Assembly: GCA_001823055.1 (NCBI GenBank)
Contig: MHTH01000005.1
Span: 34,667-98,666 of the forward strand
DNA: 64,000 nt
Reading direction: 5' to 3'
DNA from: Candidatus Vogelbacteria bacterium RIFOXYB1_FULL_42_16
GTDB lineage: Bacteria > Patescibacteriota > Minisyncoccia > Phycocordibacterales > XYD1-FULL-46-19
The translations under genes were made by a program, and so were the position numbers. This document shows positions 15,967 to 26,857 of the stretch, piece after piece (the first letter of the stretch is position 1; every line of letters begins with the position of its first letter). Under the pieces are notes generated by a model that was given only the letters and a program-made list of their open reading frames with translations, did not search any database and was not told the origin of the DNA.

Positions 15967-16953
15967 ATGCCAGAAAAAAAATATAAAATAGCGATTATTA
16001 ATCCCTTTCGTCCGGATGGTTTAGCCCGTACTATTTTTGATGGCATCTTATTGCTAAACAAAATTGGATATAATTTTGATTTCAGAATTTCCAGTCGATT
16101 TGATTATCCTTTACTTCTAAATGACCACTTTGTTTCCAAAGATCAGTTTATTAATTTTGCTAAAGACGCTGATCTAGTTTTTCTTATTTGGGGAAAAGAT
16201 AATACGGATATTAAATTGGCTGAAATAATTGATTGTTGGAGAAAGACTGTTTTTATTGACGGATCAGAAGTGGGGAAAAATCGCCGTTATGATTTTATTA
16301 TCCAAAAGAAAATTATTGATGGCCAGTATCAAGATAATGGTGCGATAAATAGAGAAATGCTTAAAAAATGCCCCCTTTATTTCAGGCGAGAGAAGCCTTA
16401 TTCTACTGGCATAGAACCATTGCCATTTGGTATAGAAACTAGATATCTGCAGTCTTATGATAAAAAAATAAAGAAAGACATAGATTTTTTCTGTGTTTTT
16501 GGTCAAGAGGAATACCCATTAATGAGGCGATATGCCCGTGAATTATTGGAAGCTTATTGTGCTAAAAACGGCTTCATTTGTCATACCCAAAAAACAAAAA
16601 CTCCAAAAGAATTTTATCAGCTCTTGGCTCGTTCCAAGGTAGGTATTTCTGTCGGTGGCGGTGGGTATGACAGCTTTCGCTTCTGGGAAATTCTGGGTAA
16701 TAATTGCTTGCTTTTAACTGAAAAAATAGACATTTTTGAATCGAACAGCAGGATGCTTAACTATAAGCGTATTTTTCAGTTTAATAATCTATTCGATTTT
16801 CAATCTCAACTGGAAAAAATAGGAAATTATTTGAAAACAGAATATAAAGCTAGTAATTTAGAAAAAGAATATGAGATTATCCTGAAACAACACGGTACTC
16901 ATTCTAGAGTTAAAAAAATTTTTGAAGTTGCAAAAAGTCGAGGGATCGTATAA
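15967..16953 (+). CDS. Hypothetical protein in glycan locus (possible glycosyltransferase-like)
   Basis: ORF only. Lies within the polysaccharide biosynthesis cluster. No recognisable motif. Confidence 0.35.
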   Translation: MPEKKYKIAIINPFRPDGLARTIFDGILLLNKIGYNFDFRISSRFDYPLLLNDHFVSKDQFINFAKDADLVFLIWGKDNTDIKLAEIIDCWRKTVFIDGSEVGKNRRYDFIIQKKIIDGQYQDNGAINREMLKKCPLYFRREKPYSTGIEPLPFGIETRYLQSYDKKIKKDIDFFCVFGQEEYPLMRRYARELLEAYCAKNGFICHTQKTKTPKEFYQLLARSKVGISVGGGGYDSFRFWEILGNNCLLLTEKIDIFESNSRMLNYKRIFQFNNLFDFQSQLEKIGNYLKTEYKASNLEKEYEIILKQHGTHSRVKKIFEVAKSRGIV

Positions 16954-17773
16954 ATTCTTAAGTATTATGGAACAAAAACAAGATAATTATGATTGTGCCA
17001 TCATCGTTCCGTCCTGTGACAGTTATGAAGATTCGTGGCAACCTTTTTTTAGTTTCTTTTTTAAATATTGGCCAGATTGTCCTTTCCCAGTTTATCTTTT
17101 AACCGAGAAAAAGGTTTACCCTGATACAAGAGTTAAGACAATAAACCTAGGTGTTGATCATGGTTGGGCAAATAATATGGAAATTTGTTTAGAAGGTATC
17201 TCGGAAAGATATTTTATCTATTTTTTGGAAGATGTCTTTCTCACTAAAAAAGTAAATACAGAAAGAATTATTAAATTATTAAAAATTCTTAAAGATGACC
17301 AAGTTTCCTGTCTGCGTTTATATCCTAGCCCTGGTCCCGATTATCCATATTCTCGGGATAATGATTTAGGAGTAATTAAAAAAGATGCTTCTTATCGTGT
17401 TTCAACCATGACGGCAATTTGGGACAAAAAGTCTTTTCTTCGCCTGCTTAAACCAGGGGAAAATGCCTGGCAAATGGAATTAGAGGGAACCAAACGATCT
17501 TGGTTGATAAACGACTTGTATTTAAGTGTTTGGCCAAAATCACCGGCTATCGAGTATTTTGCTACTGCCATAAAACGTGGCAAATGGCTATACGACGTCG
17601 CCTCATTCTGTCATCGGGAGGGAATAGCGGTAGATTTTACTCGTCGACCAACTGAAACCATGTGGCGATATTTTTGTCGCCGACTGGAAAGGACGCCAGT
17701 GCTGGGCTGGTATTTTAAATTGCCCTCTCGCTTGAATAATTTTGCTAAAAGGGTAATATTCCGTGATATATGA
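16922..17773 (+). CDS. Hypothetical protein in glycan locus
   Basis: ORF only. An alternative start at ATG 16967 avoids overlap with the upstream gene. Confidence 0.35.
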   Translation: MKLQKVEGSYKFLSIMEQKQDNYDCAIIVPSCDSYEDSWQPFFSFFFKYWPDCPFPVYLLTEKKVYPDTRVKTINLGVDHGWANNMEICLEGISERYFIYFLEDVFLTKKVNTERIIKLLKILKDDQVSCLRLYPSPGPDYPYSRDNDLGVIKKDASYRVSTMTAIWDKKSFLRLLKPGENAWQMELEGTKRSWLINDLYLSVWPKSPAIEYFATAIKRGKWLYDVASFCHREGIAVDFTRRPTETMWRYFCRRLERTPVLGWYFKLPSRLNNFAKRVIFRDI

Positions 17774-18816
17774 AAAAAGCTTTAATCACGGGCATTACCG
17801 GTCAAGATGGATCTTATTTGGCTGAGTTGCTTCTATCAAAAGGGTATGAGGTTCATGGAATAATCCGAAGAGCTTCGACTTTTAACACCCAACGAATCGA
17901 GCATATTTTTCAAGATCCCCACGAAGTAGAGAAAAAATTGATTCTCCATTATGGAGATTTATCAGATGGTAGTAGTATTTCTCGCTTGATTGAAAAAATT
18001 AAGCCAGATGAAATTTATCATTTAGGTGCCCAAAGTCATGTGCGGGTTAGTTTTGATGTACCTGAATACACTGCAGATGTAACCGGTCTAGGAACACTCC
18101 GTCTTTTAGATGCCATCAAAGAAGCTGGTCTAAAGACTAGGTTCTATCAAGCTTCTTCATCAGAAATGTTTGGAAAGGTTCAAGAAGTTCCACAGACAGA
18201 ACAAACACCTTTTTATCCCCGATCGCCTTATGGTTGCGCTAAGGTATTTGCTTATTGGATAACAAAAAATTATCGAGAAAGTTATGGTATTTTTGCTTGC
18301 AATGGCATACTTTTTAATCATGAATCAGAAAGAAGAGGAGAAACTTTTGTCACCAGAAAAATAACTAGGGGTTTAGTAAGGGTTAAATTAGGGTTGGATA
18401 AAAAATTATATCTTGGAAATTTAGATGCTAAAAGAGACTGGGGTCATGCTAGAGATTATGTTGAAGGAATGTGGTTAATGCTTCAGGCCGAGGAACCGGA
18501 TGATTATATTTTAGCCACTGGCGAAACTCATAGTATTCGTGAGTTTGTTGAAGAATCGGCAAAATCTTTAGGTTATGAGATCGAATGGCGAGGACAAGGA
18601 ATCGATGAAAAAGGAGTTGATAAAAGAACGGGAAAAACTATAATTGAAATTGACTCCAATTATTTTCGTCCAACGGAAGTCGACCTTTTGATTGGTGATG
18701 CCACTAAAGCCAAAGAAAAACTTGGTTGGGAGCCGAAAATTAGATTTAAAGAATTGGTCGAGATGATGGTGGAACATGATCTCAGAAATGAAGCAGGAAA
18801 AATGAAGGTCAGCTAA
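17770..18816 (+). CDS. gmd: GDP-mannose 4,6-dehydratase
   Basis: N-terminal [19 protein letters not shown]...[16 protein letters not shown] is near-invariant for GMD. Y-x3-K (YGCAK) catalytic motif present. Confidence 0.9.
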   Translation: MKKALITGITGQDGSYLAELLLSKGYEVHGIIRRASTFNTQRIEHIFQDPHEVEKKLILHYGDLSDGSSISRLIEKIKPDEIYHLGAQSHVRVSFDVPEYTADVTGLGTLRLLDAIKEAGLKTRFYQASSSEMFGKVQEVPQTEQTPFYPRSPYGCAKVFAYWITKNYRESYGIFACNGILFNHESERRGETFVTRKITRGLVRVKLGLDKKLYLGNLDAKRDWGHARDYVEGMWLMLQAEEPDDYILATGETHSIREFVEESAKSLGYEIEWRGQGIDEKGVDKRTGKTIIEIDSNYFRPTEVDLLIGDATKAKEKLGWEPKIRFKELVEMMVEHDLRNEAGKMKVS

Positions 18817-18823
18817 TTAGTTC

Positions 18824-19987
18824 ATGATAAAGTTAATAAAGTCTAGTTTTTACAACGAAAAAGATACAAAAAAAAAGTTGGCTAAATTCATACTAAAAGC
18901 CAAAATTTTTAGTATGAAGAAAGAATGTGCCAATTTTGAAAAGAAATTTGCCAAAAAACAAAGTCGTCGATATGCAGTTTTTGTTTCCAGTGGCAGTACA
19001 GCTAATTTGGTTTTAATTCAAGCATTGTTAAATTTAGGAAAATTAAAAAAGGGTGACCGAATCGGATTTTCCGCCTTAACTTGGTCGACCAACGTTATGC
19101 CTTTAATGCAATTGGGCCTTATCCCGATTGCTCTTGATTGCAATCTTAAAACTTTGAATGTTTCTCCGTCAGAGATTGAAAAAAAAATTTCAAAAATCAA
19201 AGGTCTTTTTTTGACTAATGTGCTCGGAATGGCTGATGAAATTGAAAAAATTAAAGAGATTTGTCAGCGAAACAAAATTATCTTTATTGAAGATAATTGT
19301 GAATCTCTGGGCTCAAGAATAAGTGGTAAACTCTTGGGAAATTTTGGCCTGGCTTCAACTTTTTCTTTTTTCGTCGGTCATCATCTTTCCACGATTGAAG
19401 GCGGTATGATTTGTACTGATGATGAAAAATTATATCAAATGCTACTCATTACCAGGATTCATGGTTGGGATCGAAATTTGGGTTTAATTGCTCAAAAAGA
19501 AATTAGAACAACTCATAAAGTCGATGATTTCTATGCCAAATATACTTTTTATGATTTAGCGTTTAACGCTAGGCCAACAGAAGTAAATGGTTTTCTTGGT
19601 AATAATCAGTTACAATATTGGGATGAAATGGTTTCAATTAGAGCCAAACATTTTAAATTATTCCAGTCTATTGTTGGCCAGAATGATGATTTTGTTCCCC
19701 TAGATTTGAGTCATATGGATTTAATTTCCAATTTTGCCATGCCAATTATATGTAAAAACAAGAAAACAGTGGAAAAATATAAAAAAAGATTTATCAATCA
19801 CGGTGTCGAAATTAGACCAATTATTGCTGGTAATATAGAGATGCAACCTTTTTATAAAAAATACATCAATAAAAAAACTTATTGTTTAAATTCAAATTTT
19901 ATTCATCAAAATGGTTTTTATTTTGCCAATAATCCTGAACTTAATAAAAAAGAAATTAATACAATTATTGGGCTACTTGCTAAGTAA
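18824..19987 (+). CDS. colD: DegT/DnrJ/EryC1-family PLP enzyme with His in place of the Schiff-base Lys: GDP-4-keto-6-deoxy-D-mannose 3-dehydratase (ColD)-like
   Basis: DegT-family fold (SSGSTANLVLIQAL). At the position of the catalytic Lys the sequence is SFFVGHHLSTIEGG, the Lys->His replacement characteristic of ColD. It sits directly after gmd. Confidence 0.6.
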   Translation: MIKLIKSSFYNEKDTKKKLAKFILKAKIFSMKKECANFEKKFAKKQSRRYAVFVSSGSTANLVLIQALLNLGKLKKGDRIGFSALTWSTNVMPLMQLGLIPIALDCNLKTLNVSPSEIEKKISKIKGLFLTNVLGMADEIEKIKEICQRNKIIFIEDNCESLGSRISGKLLGNFGLASTFSFFVGHHLSTIEGGMICTDDEKLYQMLLITRIHGWDRNLGLIAQKEIRTTHKVDDFYAKYTFYDLAFNARPTEVNGFLGNNQLQYWDEMVSIRAKHFKLFQSIVGQNDDFVPLDLSHMDLISNFAMPIICKNKKTVEKYKKRFINHGVEIRPIIAGNIEMQPFYKKYINKKTYCLNSNFIHQNGFYFANNPELNKKEINTIIGLLAK

Positions 19988-19998
19988 CAAATTTAAAA

Positions 19999-20937
19999 AT
20001 GATGCAAAAGGACGCCAAAATATATGTGGCTGGTCATAATGGTTTGGTTGGTCAAGCGATTGTTCGTCGGCTAAAATCGGAAGGTTATTCTCAAATAATT
20101 GTTCGGGATCGAGCTCAATTAGATCTCCTAGATCAGGCCAAAGTCAAGGACTTTTTTTTGGAAGAAAAACCGGAATATGTCATCGATGCCGCCGCTAGAG
20201 TCGGTGGGATAAAGGCCAATATAACTTGGCCAACTGAATTTCTTTATGAAAATTTGCAAATTCAAAATAATATCATCTGGTCGGCCTTCCAAACTGATGT
20301 AAAAAAATTGATATTTCTTGGCAGTTCATGTATTTATCCTCAAAATTCTCCTCAACCGATGAAAGAAGAATATTTTCTGGATGGCAAACCTGAACCAACC
20401 AATGAAGGTTATACAATAGCTAAAATTGCCGGCATGAAATTATGCGAAAAGATAAAATTAGAATACCACCGAGATTTTATCTCTTGTGTGCCAACCAATG
20501 TTTATGGTCCGGGAGCCAGTTTTGATTCCGAATCTTCTCATGTGATTCCTTCTTTAATAAAAAAATTTCACGAAGCCAAATTAGCCAACTTGCCGGAGGT
20601 GATAATTTGGGGTAGCGGAAAAAACCGACGTGAATTTTTATATGTTGACGATTTAGCAGAGGCAGTGATTTGGCTGATGAATAATTATGATGGCCAAGAT
20701 TTTATAAATGTTGGGGTGGGGCAAGATATTTCAATTGAAGAACTGGCTATCCTAATTAAAGATATTGTTGGCTATGAAGGCAAATTGGTTTTTGATGATA
20801 GCAAACCTGGGGGAATGGCGGTTAAATTGCTAGATGTCTCAAAATTGACAAAACTTGGTTGGCAGGCCAAAACCGACCTAAGGAATGGTCTCAAAAAAAC
20901 CTATAAAAGTTTTCTATCTGGTAATCTGCGACAATAA
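19999..20937 (+). CDS. GDP-L-fucose synthase family epimerase/reductase (Fcl/WcaG); by context GDP-L-colitose synthase (ColC)-like
   Basis: N-terminal KIYVAGHNGLVGQAIVRRL Rossmann motif typical of GDP-fucose synthetase. Adjacent to gmd and the colD-like gene. Confidence 0.75.
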   Translation: MMQKDAKIYVAGHNGLVGQAIVRRLKSEGYSQIIVRDRAQLDLLDQAKVKDFFLEEKPEYVIDAAARVGGIKANITWPTEFLYENLQIQNNIIWSAFQTDVKKLIFLGSSCIYPQNSPQPMKEEYFLDGKPEPTNEGYTIAKIAGMKLCEKIKLEYHRDFISCVPTNVYGPGASFDSESSHVIPSLIKKFHEAKLANLPEVIIWGSGKNRREFLYVDDLAEAVIWLMNNYDGQDFINVGVGQDISIEELAILIKDIVGYEGKLVFDDSKPGGMAVKLLDVSKLTKLGWQAKTDLRNGLKKTYKSFLSGNLRQ

Positions 20938-20951
20938 TTTTAAAAAAATTA

Positions 20952-22118
20952 TTGTCATCAAAAGATATGAAAATTATTTATTTAGCTAATGTTAGAGTTC
21001 CAACAGAAAATGCCCATGGTCTGCAGATCGCTAAAATGTGTGAAGCTCTGGCTCAAATCGAAGCCGAAGTCATCCTTCTTGTTCCAAGAAGAAATAATCA
21101 CATTAAAGCTGATATTTTTTCCTATTATAGTCTAGAAAAAAATTTTAAAATTGAAACTTTACCAACTTTTGATTTAAATGATTTTGGGAGGGTTGGCTTT
21201 TGGTTGCAAAATTTCTTTTTTTCTCTAGTCAGTTTTTTTTATTGCTTAAGTCATCCCAATTTTGATTTAATTTATTCACGTGATGAATTACCACTTCTGT
21301 TTGTATCTTTTTTGACAAAAAAAACAATTTGGGAAATCCATATTAACCGGTATAATTTTTTGACCAGAATTTTAACCTCAAAAGTGTCTGCTATCGTGGC
21401 GATTAGTGGTGGATTAAAAAAATTTTTAGAAGAAAGTGGAGTAAATTTACAAAAAATTTTAGTCTGTCCTGATGCTGTTGACTTATCGATATTTGATCGT
21501 CTGCCTAAAGACAAAAAAATACTACGGGAAAAGCTTGGTTTATTGCCGGGGAGATTATTAGTTACCTATGTTGGCAAATATACGACAATGAATCAAGATA
21601 AGGGGGTAGACGATTTAATTAAAGCCTTTACTTTTGTTCATAGAAAATTACCGCTCAGTCAACTGTTGTTAGTCGGCATTCAAAATACGGTAATTGAGAG
21701 ACTAAAAAATATCTTAGTCGCGGAAGGTATTTCTGAAAATGATTATTGCATTATTACGCATAAACCTCATGATGTCGCGATGCAATATGTTAAAACGGGC
21801 GATGTCTTAATAATGAATTATCCCAATATTGGCCACTACACCCTTTATATGTCACCGCTTAAACTTTTTGAGTATATGGCTAGCGGTAACCCCATCGTCA
21901 GCACTTCTTTGCCCAGTATCAGGGAGATTTTATCCTCTGATGAGGCTTATTTGATAGAGCCGAACAATATTGAATCATTAGTCAATAGCATCGTCTACGC
22001 TTTAAATAATCCAGAAGAATCAAACAAAAAGGCTAGACTCGCTCTAGATTTGGTCAGGAAAAAATATACTTGGGAGTCTCGAGCCAAGAATATCTTGAGA
22101 TTTTTTAAGGATTTTTAA
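20952..22118 (+). CDS. Glycosyltransferase family 4
   Basis: GT-B C-terminal domain. Lies in the glycan locus. Confidence 0.7.
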   Translation: MSSKDMKIIYLANVRVPTENAHGLQIAKMCEALAQIEAEVILLVPRRNNHIKADIFSYYSLEKNFKIETLPTFDLNDFGRVGFWLQNFFFSLVSFFYCLSHPNFDLIYSRDELPLLFVSFLTKKTIWEIHINRYNFLTRILTSKVSAIVAISGGLKKFLEESGVNLQKILVCPDAVDLSIFDRLPKDKKILREKLGLLPGRLLVTYVGKYTTMNQDKGVDDLIKAFTFVHRKLPLSQLLLVGIQNTVIERLKNILVAEGISENDYCIITHKPHDVAMQYVKTGDVLIMNYPNIGHYTLYMSPLKLFEYMASGNPIVSTSLPSIREILSSDEAYLIEPNNIESLVNSIVYALNNPEESNKKARLALDLVRKKYTWESRAKNILRFFKDF

Positions 22119-22202
22119 CTTTTTCTATATCATAAAATAGTAAATTGCCTAATATCAAGAAAGTTGATTTTTTATTCATGATGGGTTATATTTTGCAATA
22201 CT

Positions 22203-22973
22203 ATGTCCGAGTCAAATTCAGATAAAAGTTACCTAGCTAAACGTTTTGAATTTAAATATTTGGTTTCCCCCATGCGAGCTTTGTTATTGGAGAGATATTT
22301 AGAAAAAATAGGATTGAAGTTAGATAATTTTTCTCAAAATGGTTCCTACCAAGTGCACTCAATTTATTTTGAAACCCCATTTTTAGATGATTATCGCGAC
22401 AAAGATGGTTCCTATTTAACCAGGAAAAAAATGCGGGTAAGGTGGTATGAAGAACATAATCAAGTGCCGGAGAAAGCTTGGCTGGAAATAAAAAACAAAA
22501 GAAATCAACTTATCAGTAAAGAGCGGGTCAAAATTTCCGCTGAAGCTTATCGTCTTTTGGTTGAGAGAGGTGAAGTATTGCACTTAATAAGTGATTCTAG
22601 TATTGTGACCAAGGACAAACCAACCATTAGTCGTTTTTGCCGACTTTATCTAAGAGGTCATTATCATCCTTATGTTTTAGTTACTTATAAAAGGACTGCT
22701 TATTTAGGTGATTATTTGATGCCGATTAGAATTACTTTTGACCGAGATATTCATGCCACTTGGACCAATGATTTGTTTAGAAATTCAGAAGCGGGCTTAA
22801 CACCGATTAGAAATGACAATGCGGTAGTGATGGAAGTAAAATTTAATGGCCAGATGCCTTGGTGGTTCACAAATATGCTGAAAATGTTTAATCTTCGTCG
22901 AGACACCTTTTCCAAATATGCCAACTCCGTTGATGCCGTTCATAATCGTTATCAGATTCCCATTAGCAGATAA
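22203..22973 (+). CDS. VTC-domain (CYTH-like, polyphosphate-polymerase-domain) protein
   Basis: RFEFKYLV...SIYFETP motifs typical of the VTC domain. The start of a conserved three-gene module. Confidence 0.65.
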   Translation: MSESNSDKSYLAKRFEFKYLVSPMRALLLERYLEKIGLKLDNFSQNGSYQVHSIYFETPFLDDYRDKDGSYLTRKKMRVRWYEEHNQVPEKAWLEIKNKRNQLISKERVKISAEAYRLLVERGEVLHLISDSSIVTKDKPTISRFCRLYLRGHYHPYVLVTYKRTAYLGDYLMPIRITFDRDIHATWTNDLFRNSEAGLTPIRNDNAVVMEVKFNGQMPWWFTNMLKMFNLRRDTFSKYANSVDAVHNRYQIPISR

Positions 22974-22999
22974 ATTATTATTTATTAATTAAAATTTTT

Positions 23000-23680
23000 A
23001 TGGATTTTTCCAGCTTTTACAATCTTAATCCAACTGAATTCAGTTCAGCGGTGATCGTTTTTAATTTGTTTTTTTCTTTGTTTCTACAGTTGTTTATCAT
23101 TTATATTTATAAAAAGACTCGCCATGGCCTGTCTCATTCTCAGTCTTTTATATTTTCCATCATCATTTTTGGTGTGCTGAGTACGGCTATTATGATGGCT
23201 GTTCAGAATAACATCATCGGCGCTTTCGCTATTTTCTCTGCTTTTACCTTGGTTCGCTTCCGCTCTATTTTAAAGGAACCCAGTGATTTGGCTTACATCT
23301 TCTTTGCTCTAGTTATTGGCATTGCTTCGGGTATGAGTCATTATTCATTAGCTTTGATTACCGCGCTGTTTTTAGGCTTGATTATTTATGGTTTTCATCG
23401 TTTTGGATTGGGTAAGGTGGTTGAAAATTTTGATTATTTATTGATTTTAGTTACTGATAAGAATTTTCGTCTGGACAGTTTAAATGTATTGTTCGATGAA
23501 CATTTAGAACGTCGGGAATTTTTACATGCCAAACATTATGAGAATAATCAAAGCGAATACGGCCTGCTACTGCATTTAAAAGAAACAGACAATTTAAATA
23601 TTTTAGTTGATCAGTTGAATACCATTCCTCTAATAAAAAGAGTGGAAGTTTTGTCCAGTCAAAATACGGCAGAATACTAA
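23000..23680 (+). CDS. DUF4956-like integral membrane protein
   Basis: Multi-TM N-terminus plus a soluble C-terminal domain. This family is the usual partner of VTC-domain genes. Confidence 0.5.
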   Translation: MDFSSFYNLNPTEFSSAVIVFNLFFSLFLQLFIIYIYKKTRHGLSHSQSFIFSIIIFGVLSTAIMMAVQNNIIGAFAIFSAFTLVRFRSILKEPSDLAYIFFALVIGIASGMSHYSLALITALFLGLIIYGFHRFGLGKVVENFDYLLILVTDKNFRLDSLNVLFDEHLERREFLHAKHYENNQSEYGLLLHLKETDNLNILVDQLNTIPLIKRVEVLSSQNTAEY

Positions 23681-23684
23681 GAAA

Positions 23685-25997
23685 ATGAGTTTAGCTAGGA
23701 GAAAAAGAAAAAAACTGATTTTAACGATCATTACCATTTCAATTTTGGTATTAGTTTTTCTTTTTCCATTGGCTTATCATTATCGAATAGTTCTTATTAG
23801 GCATCCACTTGTGGCACAATTGGTGCCACTTTATCGTTCTCTAATAAAGTTTCCGGATTTGTTATTTTTGCCTCGCTATGCTTTTTTTGACAGCCAACTA
23901 GAAACTTACAAAATAAATATTTCTATAAAAGATATTAGAAGACTAGATATGGCTCTACCCGTACCTTTTTCGGGAGGTGAATTGGAAGATGACAATAAAG
24001 TTTGGGTATCTGCTGATTTTAAAACTGACGATTATCAAGATCGGGTTAAAATACGTTATCGAGGAACAATTGCTAATCATTGGAATAGTTATAAAAAATC
24101 ATTTTTAGTCAAGTTTCCTAAAGACCATCTTTTTAAAGGGATGAGAGAGCTAAATTTAGTAATTCCTGATGATCGGCTGTATTTTATTGAACCTCTGAAT
24201 AATTATCGAGCTAAAAAGTTAGATTTGATTGTGCCTGACAGTTCTAATGTTAAAGTATCAATTAACGGCGTAGATCACGGTGTCTATTTAGTTTTCGAAC
24301 ATTGGACTCAAGAATGGTTGGAAAAACAACCCGTCTCCAATAATTCTTTAATTTTAGGTATAGGCCAATCAATCGTGGGAACATCAACTTCCTCTATTTT
24401 TACCCCCGAGGGTATTGTCTACTGGAATAGTTGGAATTCTGATGCTCCTGATCTGGATGCGGTAAAAGCACTCAATGAAATTATTAGTAAAACAGATGAT
24501 GAGACTTTTAAAAAATTAATACCACATTTGGTTAGTATCGATGAGATTTTAGCTTTTAACGTCGTCAGTATGCTCTCTGGTGAATTTCATGGTGCGGGCG
24601 ATTCTCCGTCTGGGGCCAACAATACTATGATGGTATTTGATAAATTGATTGGCAAATTCAGGCCGATTCCCTACAATGTAGCTATATCTGATCTAAACAA
24701 CAGTTACAAAGAAATGCCAACTTCTTTGGAGAGAAGAATTTTAGCTATACCGGAATGGAAAGAGGATCGCGATCGTTTGTTAAAAGATTATTTAAATAAC
24801 AATAAAGAAGATGATTTGCGCTTTATTGAATCATGGATTAGCAAATACAATAACGATTTTTTGGCAGATCAATCAAAATTATCCAATAACCTCACTTATC
24901 TTAAAGACATTAACCAACTAAAAAAAATGGTTAAATTTTATCAAGATGAAGCGTTAAAACATCTAAACGATAAATATCCTCTGATTTTTATAATTAAAGA
25001 GCCTCTTAATTTGCCGGTCAACTTTAATTATTTGTTTCAAGTAGCTTTATCGCCGGAACAATTTGTTAAACAGAATCCTGAATTTAGCTTAAACGATAGT
25101 GGTCTGGTCTTAGAAAGTGGTTTTCATTACTTTTTTCGAACAATTATTATACCGGCTAAGACGAAATTGACTATTATGCCTGGCGCTGTTCTTGTGATGG
25201 GTCCAAAAGTGTCATTTGTTTCTTATAGTCCAATTCAAGCGATCGGAACAGCGGTTGAACCCATAAAAATTTTACCAGCCAGTTTGGAACCGTGGGGAAA
25301 TTTCGTTGTTATTGATACTGGTAGACAAAAAAATACTTTTGACCGTATCTTTATTTCTACTGGCAGTGAAAGTACTGTTAATGGTATTTTTATTTCTGGC
25401 ACCCTATCTTTTCATGGTTCTGATGTTAAATTGACCAATTCTTTTTTAGAAAATGCTCAAGGAGACGATACTTTGAATATCAAATCAGCTGAAGGTATTG
25501 TTGTTGGTAACACCTTTGTTTCTAATAGTTCAGATGCTGTCGATCTTGATTTTCCTGGATCCGAAACGATCATTGAGAACAACGAATTCTTTAATAATGG
25601 TGGTGACGCTGTTGATTTGTCTTGGAGCGATGTTTTGATAAAAAATAATATTATGATTGGCTCTGGAGACAAGGGGATAAGTGTCGGTGAACGTTCCCAC
25701 CCGATTATTATTGGGAATTTAATTGCTAAGAATGTTATAGGTGTAGCTATCAAAGATCTATCGACAACGACAATGGATAGTAATATCATCATTAAAAACA
25801 AGATCGGTTTAGCAGCTTACGAAAAGAAAGAATGGTTCGGTGGCGGTCAAGCTTACGTTAAAAATGGTGTTTTATGGGGCAATGAAAATGAGATTCAAAA
25901 AGATGAACTGTCAAAAATAGATATTTCAAATAGTGTTGTCAGAACAAAACCGGTTCTTTTAAATTGGCCTAAAAAAATCAGGGATTTGATCGAGTAA
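23685..25997 (+). CDS. CotH-like (atypical kinase fold) protein with C-terminal right-handed parallel beta-helix repeats
   Basis: N-terminal TM. The central region resembles the CotH family. The C-terminus has repeated NxxxGxDAVDL / GIS-VG...IxNN units typical of pectin-lyase-fold beta-helices. It follows the VTC and DUF4956 genes. Confidence 0.5.
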   Translation: MSLARRKRKKLILTIITISILVLVFLFPLAYHYRIVLIRHPLVAQLVPLYRSLIKFPDLLFLPRYAFFDSQLETYKINISIKDIRRLDMALPVPFSGGELEDDNKVWVSADFKTDDYQDRVKIRYRGTIANHWNSYKKSFLVKFPKDHLFKGMRELNLVIPDDRLYFIEPLNNYRAKKLDLIVPDSSNVKVSINGVDHGVYLVFEHWTQEWLEKQPVSNNSLILGIGQSIVGTSTSSIFTPEGIVYWNSWNSDAPDLDAVKALNEIISKTDDETFKKLIPHLVSIDEILAFNVVSMLSGEFHGAGDSPSGANNTMMVFDKLIGKFRPIPYNVAISDLNNSYKEMPTSLERRILAIPEWKEDRDRLLKDYLNNNKEDDLRFIESWISKYNNDFLADQSKLSNNLTYLKDINQLKKMVKFYQDEALKHLNDKYPLIFIIKEPLNLPVNFNYLFQVALSPEQFVKQNPEFSLNDSGLVLESGFHYFFRTIIIPAKTKLTIMPGAVLVMGPKVSFVSYSPIQAIGTAVEPIKILPASLEPWGNFVVIDTGRQKNTFDRIFISTGSESTVNGIFISGTLSFHGSDVKLTNSFLENAQGDDTLNIKSAEGIVVGNTFVSNSSDAVDLDFPGSETIIENNEFFNNGGDAVDLSWSDVLIKNNIMIGSGDKGISVGERSHPIIIGNLIAKNVIGVAIKDLSTTTMDSNIIIKNKIGLAAYEKKEWFGGGQAYVKNGVLWGNENEIQKDELSKIDISNSVVRTKPVLLNWPKKIRDLIE

Positions 25998-26023
25998 ATT
26001 GATAATGTTATTCATAATTTATT

Positions 26024-26728
26024 ATGCCTAAAATACTAATTATAATTCCTAGTTATAACGAACAGGATAATATTGTAAAGTTGATTGATAGTCTCTTTAG
26101 TGTTTGTTCCCACTGTGACATTTTAATCGTTGATGACGGTTTTGATAAAACTGCTGATTTGGTTAAAGAAGCACAAAGACAACATTCCAATTTGTTTTTA
26201 ATTAAGAGGAACGGCAAAGGTGGACGGGGAACGGCAGTTTTAGACGGTCTAAAGTTTGGTCTACAAAAAAATTATGATTTTTTTGTAGAGATGGATGCGG
26301 ATTTATCGCATCAACCAAATGAATTACCATCCTTGCTTGATTTAGCCAAAACCAACGCGGTAGTTATCGGTTCAAGATATATCAAAAATAGTAGGATTAT
26401 CGGTTGGCCTTGGCGTCGCCGGGTTTTCAGTTGGTTGGCCAATTTTTATGCCAATTTGATTTTAAGGATTGGGATTAAAGATTATACCAATGGCTATCGG
26501 GTTTATGGTCGACAAGCGGTTCAAAAAATAGATTTTAACAAAATAAAATCATCGGGCTATGTCGTTTTATCTGAAATTGCCCACCAGCTTTTTATTAAGG
26601 GAGTGAAGTTTTACGAGGTGCCAATTATTTTCATAAACAGAAAACAGGGAGCGTCAAATTTTTCCCTTCGAGAAATTAAAGAAGCTTTTTTGTCAGTGTT
26701 TAGAATCAAGTTGTCTAAGTTGGAATAA
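26024..26728 (+). CDS. Glycosyltransferase family 2, dolichyl/polyprenyl-phosphate mannosyltransferase-like
   Basis: IIIPSYNEQDNI...DDG...DAD motifs of the GT2 DPM1-like group. Confidence 0.75.
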   Translation: MPKILIIIPSYNEQDNIVKLIDSLFSVCSHCDILIVDDGFDKTADLVKEAQRQHSNLFLIKRNGKGGRGTAVLDGLKFGLQKNYDFFVEMDADLSHQPNELPSLLDLAKTNAVVIGSRYIKNSRIIGWPWRRRVFSWLANFYANLILRIGIKDYTNGYRVYGRQAVQKIDFNKIKSSGYVVLSEIAHQLFIKGVKFYEVPIIFINRKQGASNFSLREIKEAFLSVFRIKLSKLE

Positions 26729-26857
26729 ATTTTTAAATGATATTTAAATCATCTTTCCCTATTATTTCCCCGGAAAATTTTAAGGAAAAATGAGTTATTG
26801 TGACGCTTGTTTTTTTTGATGAAGTGAGTATAATCCTATCATAATCAACATAATCAA

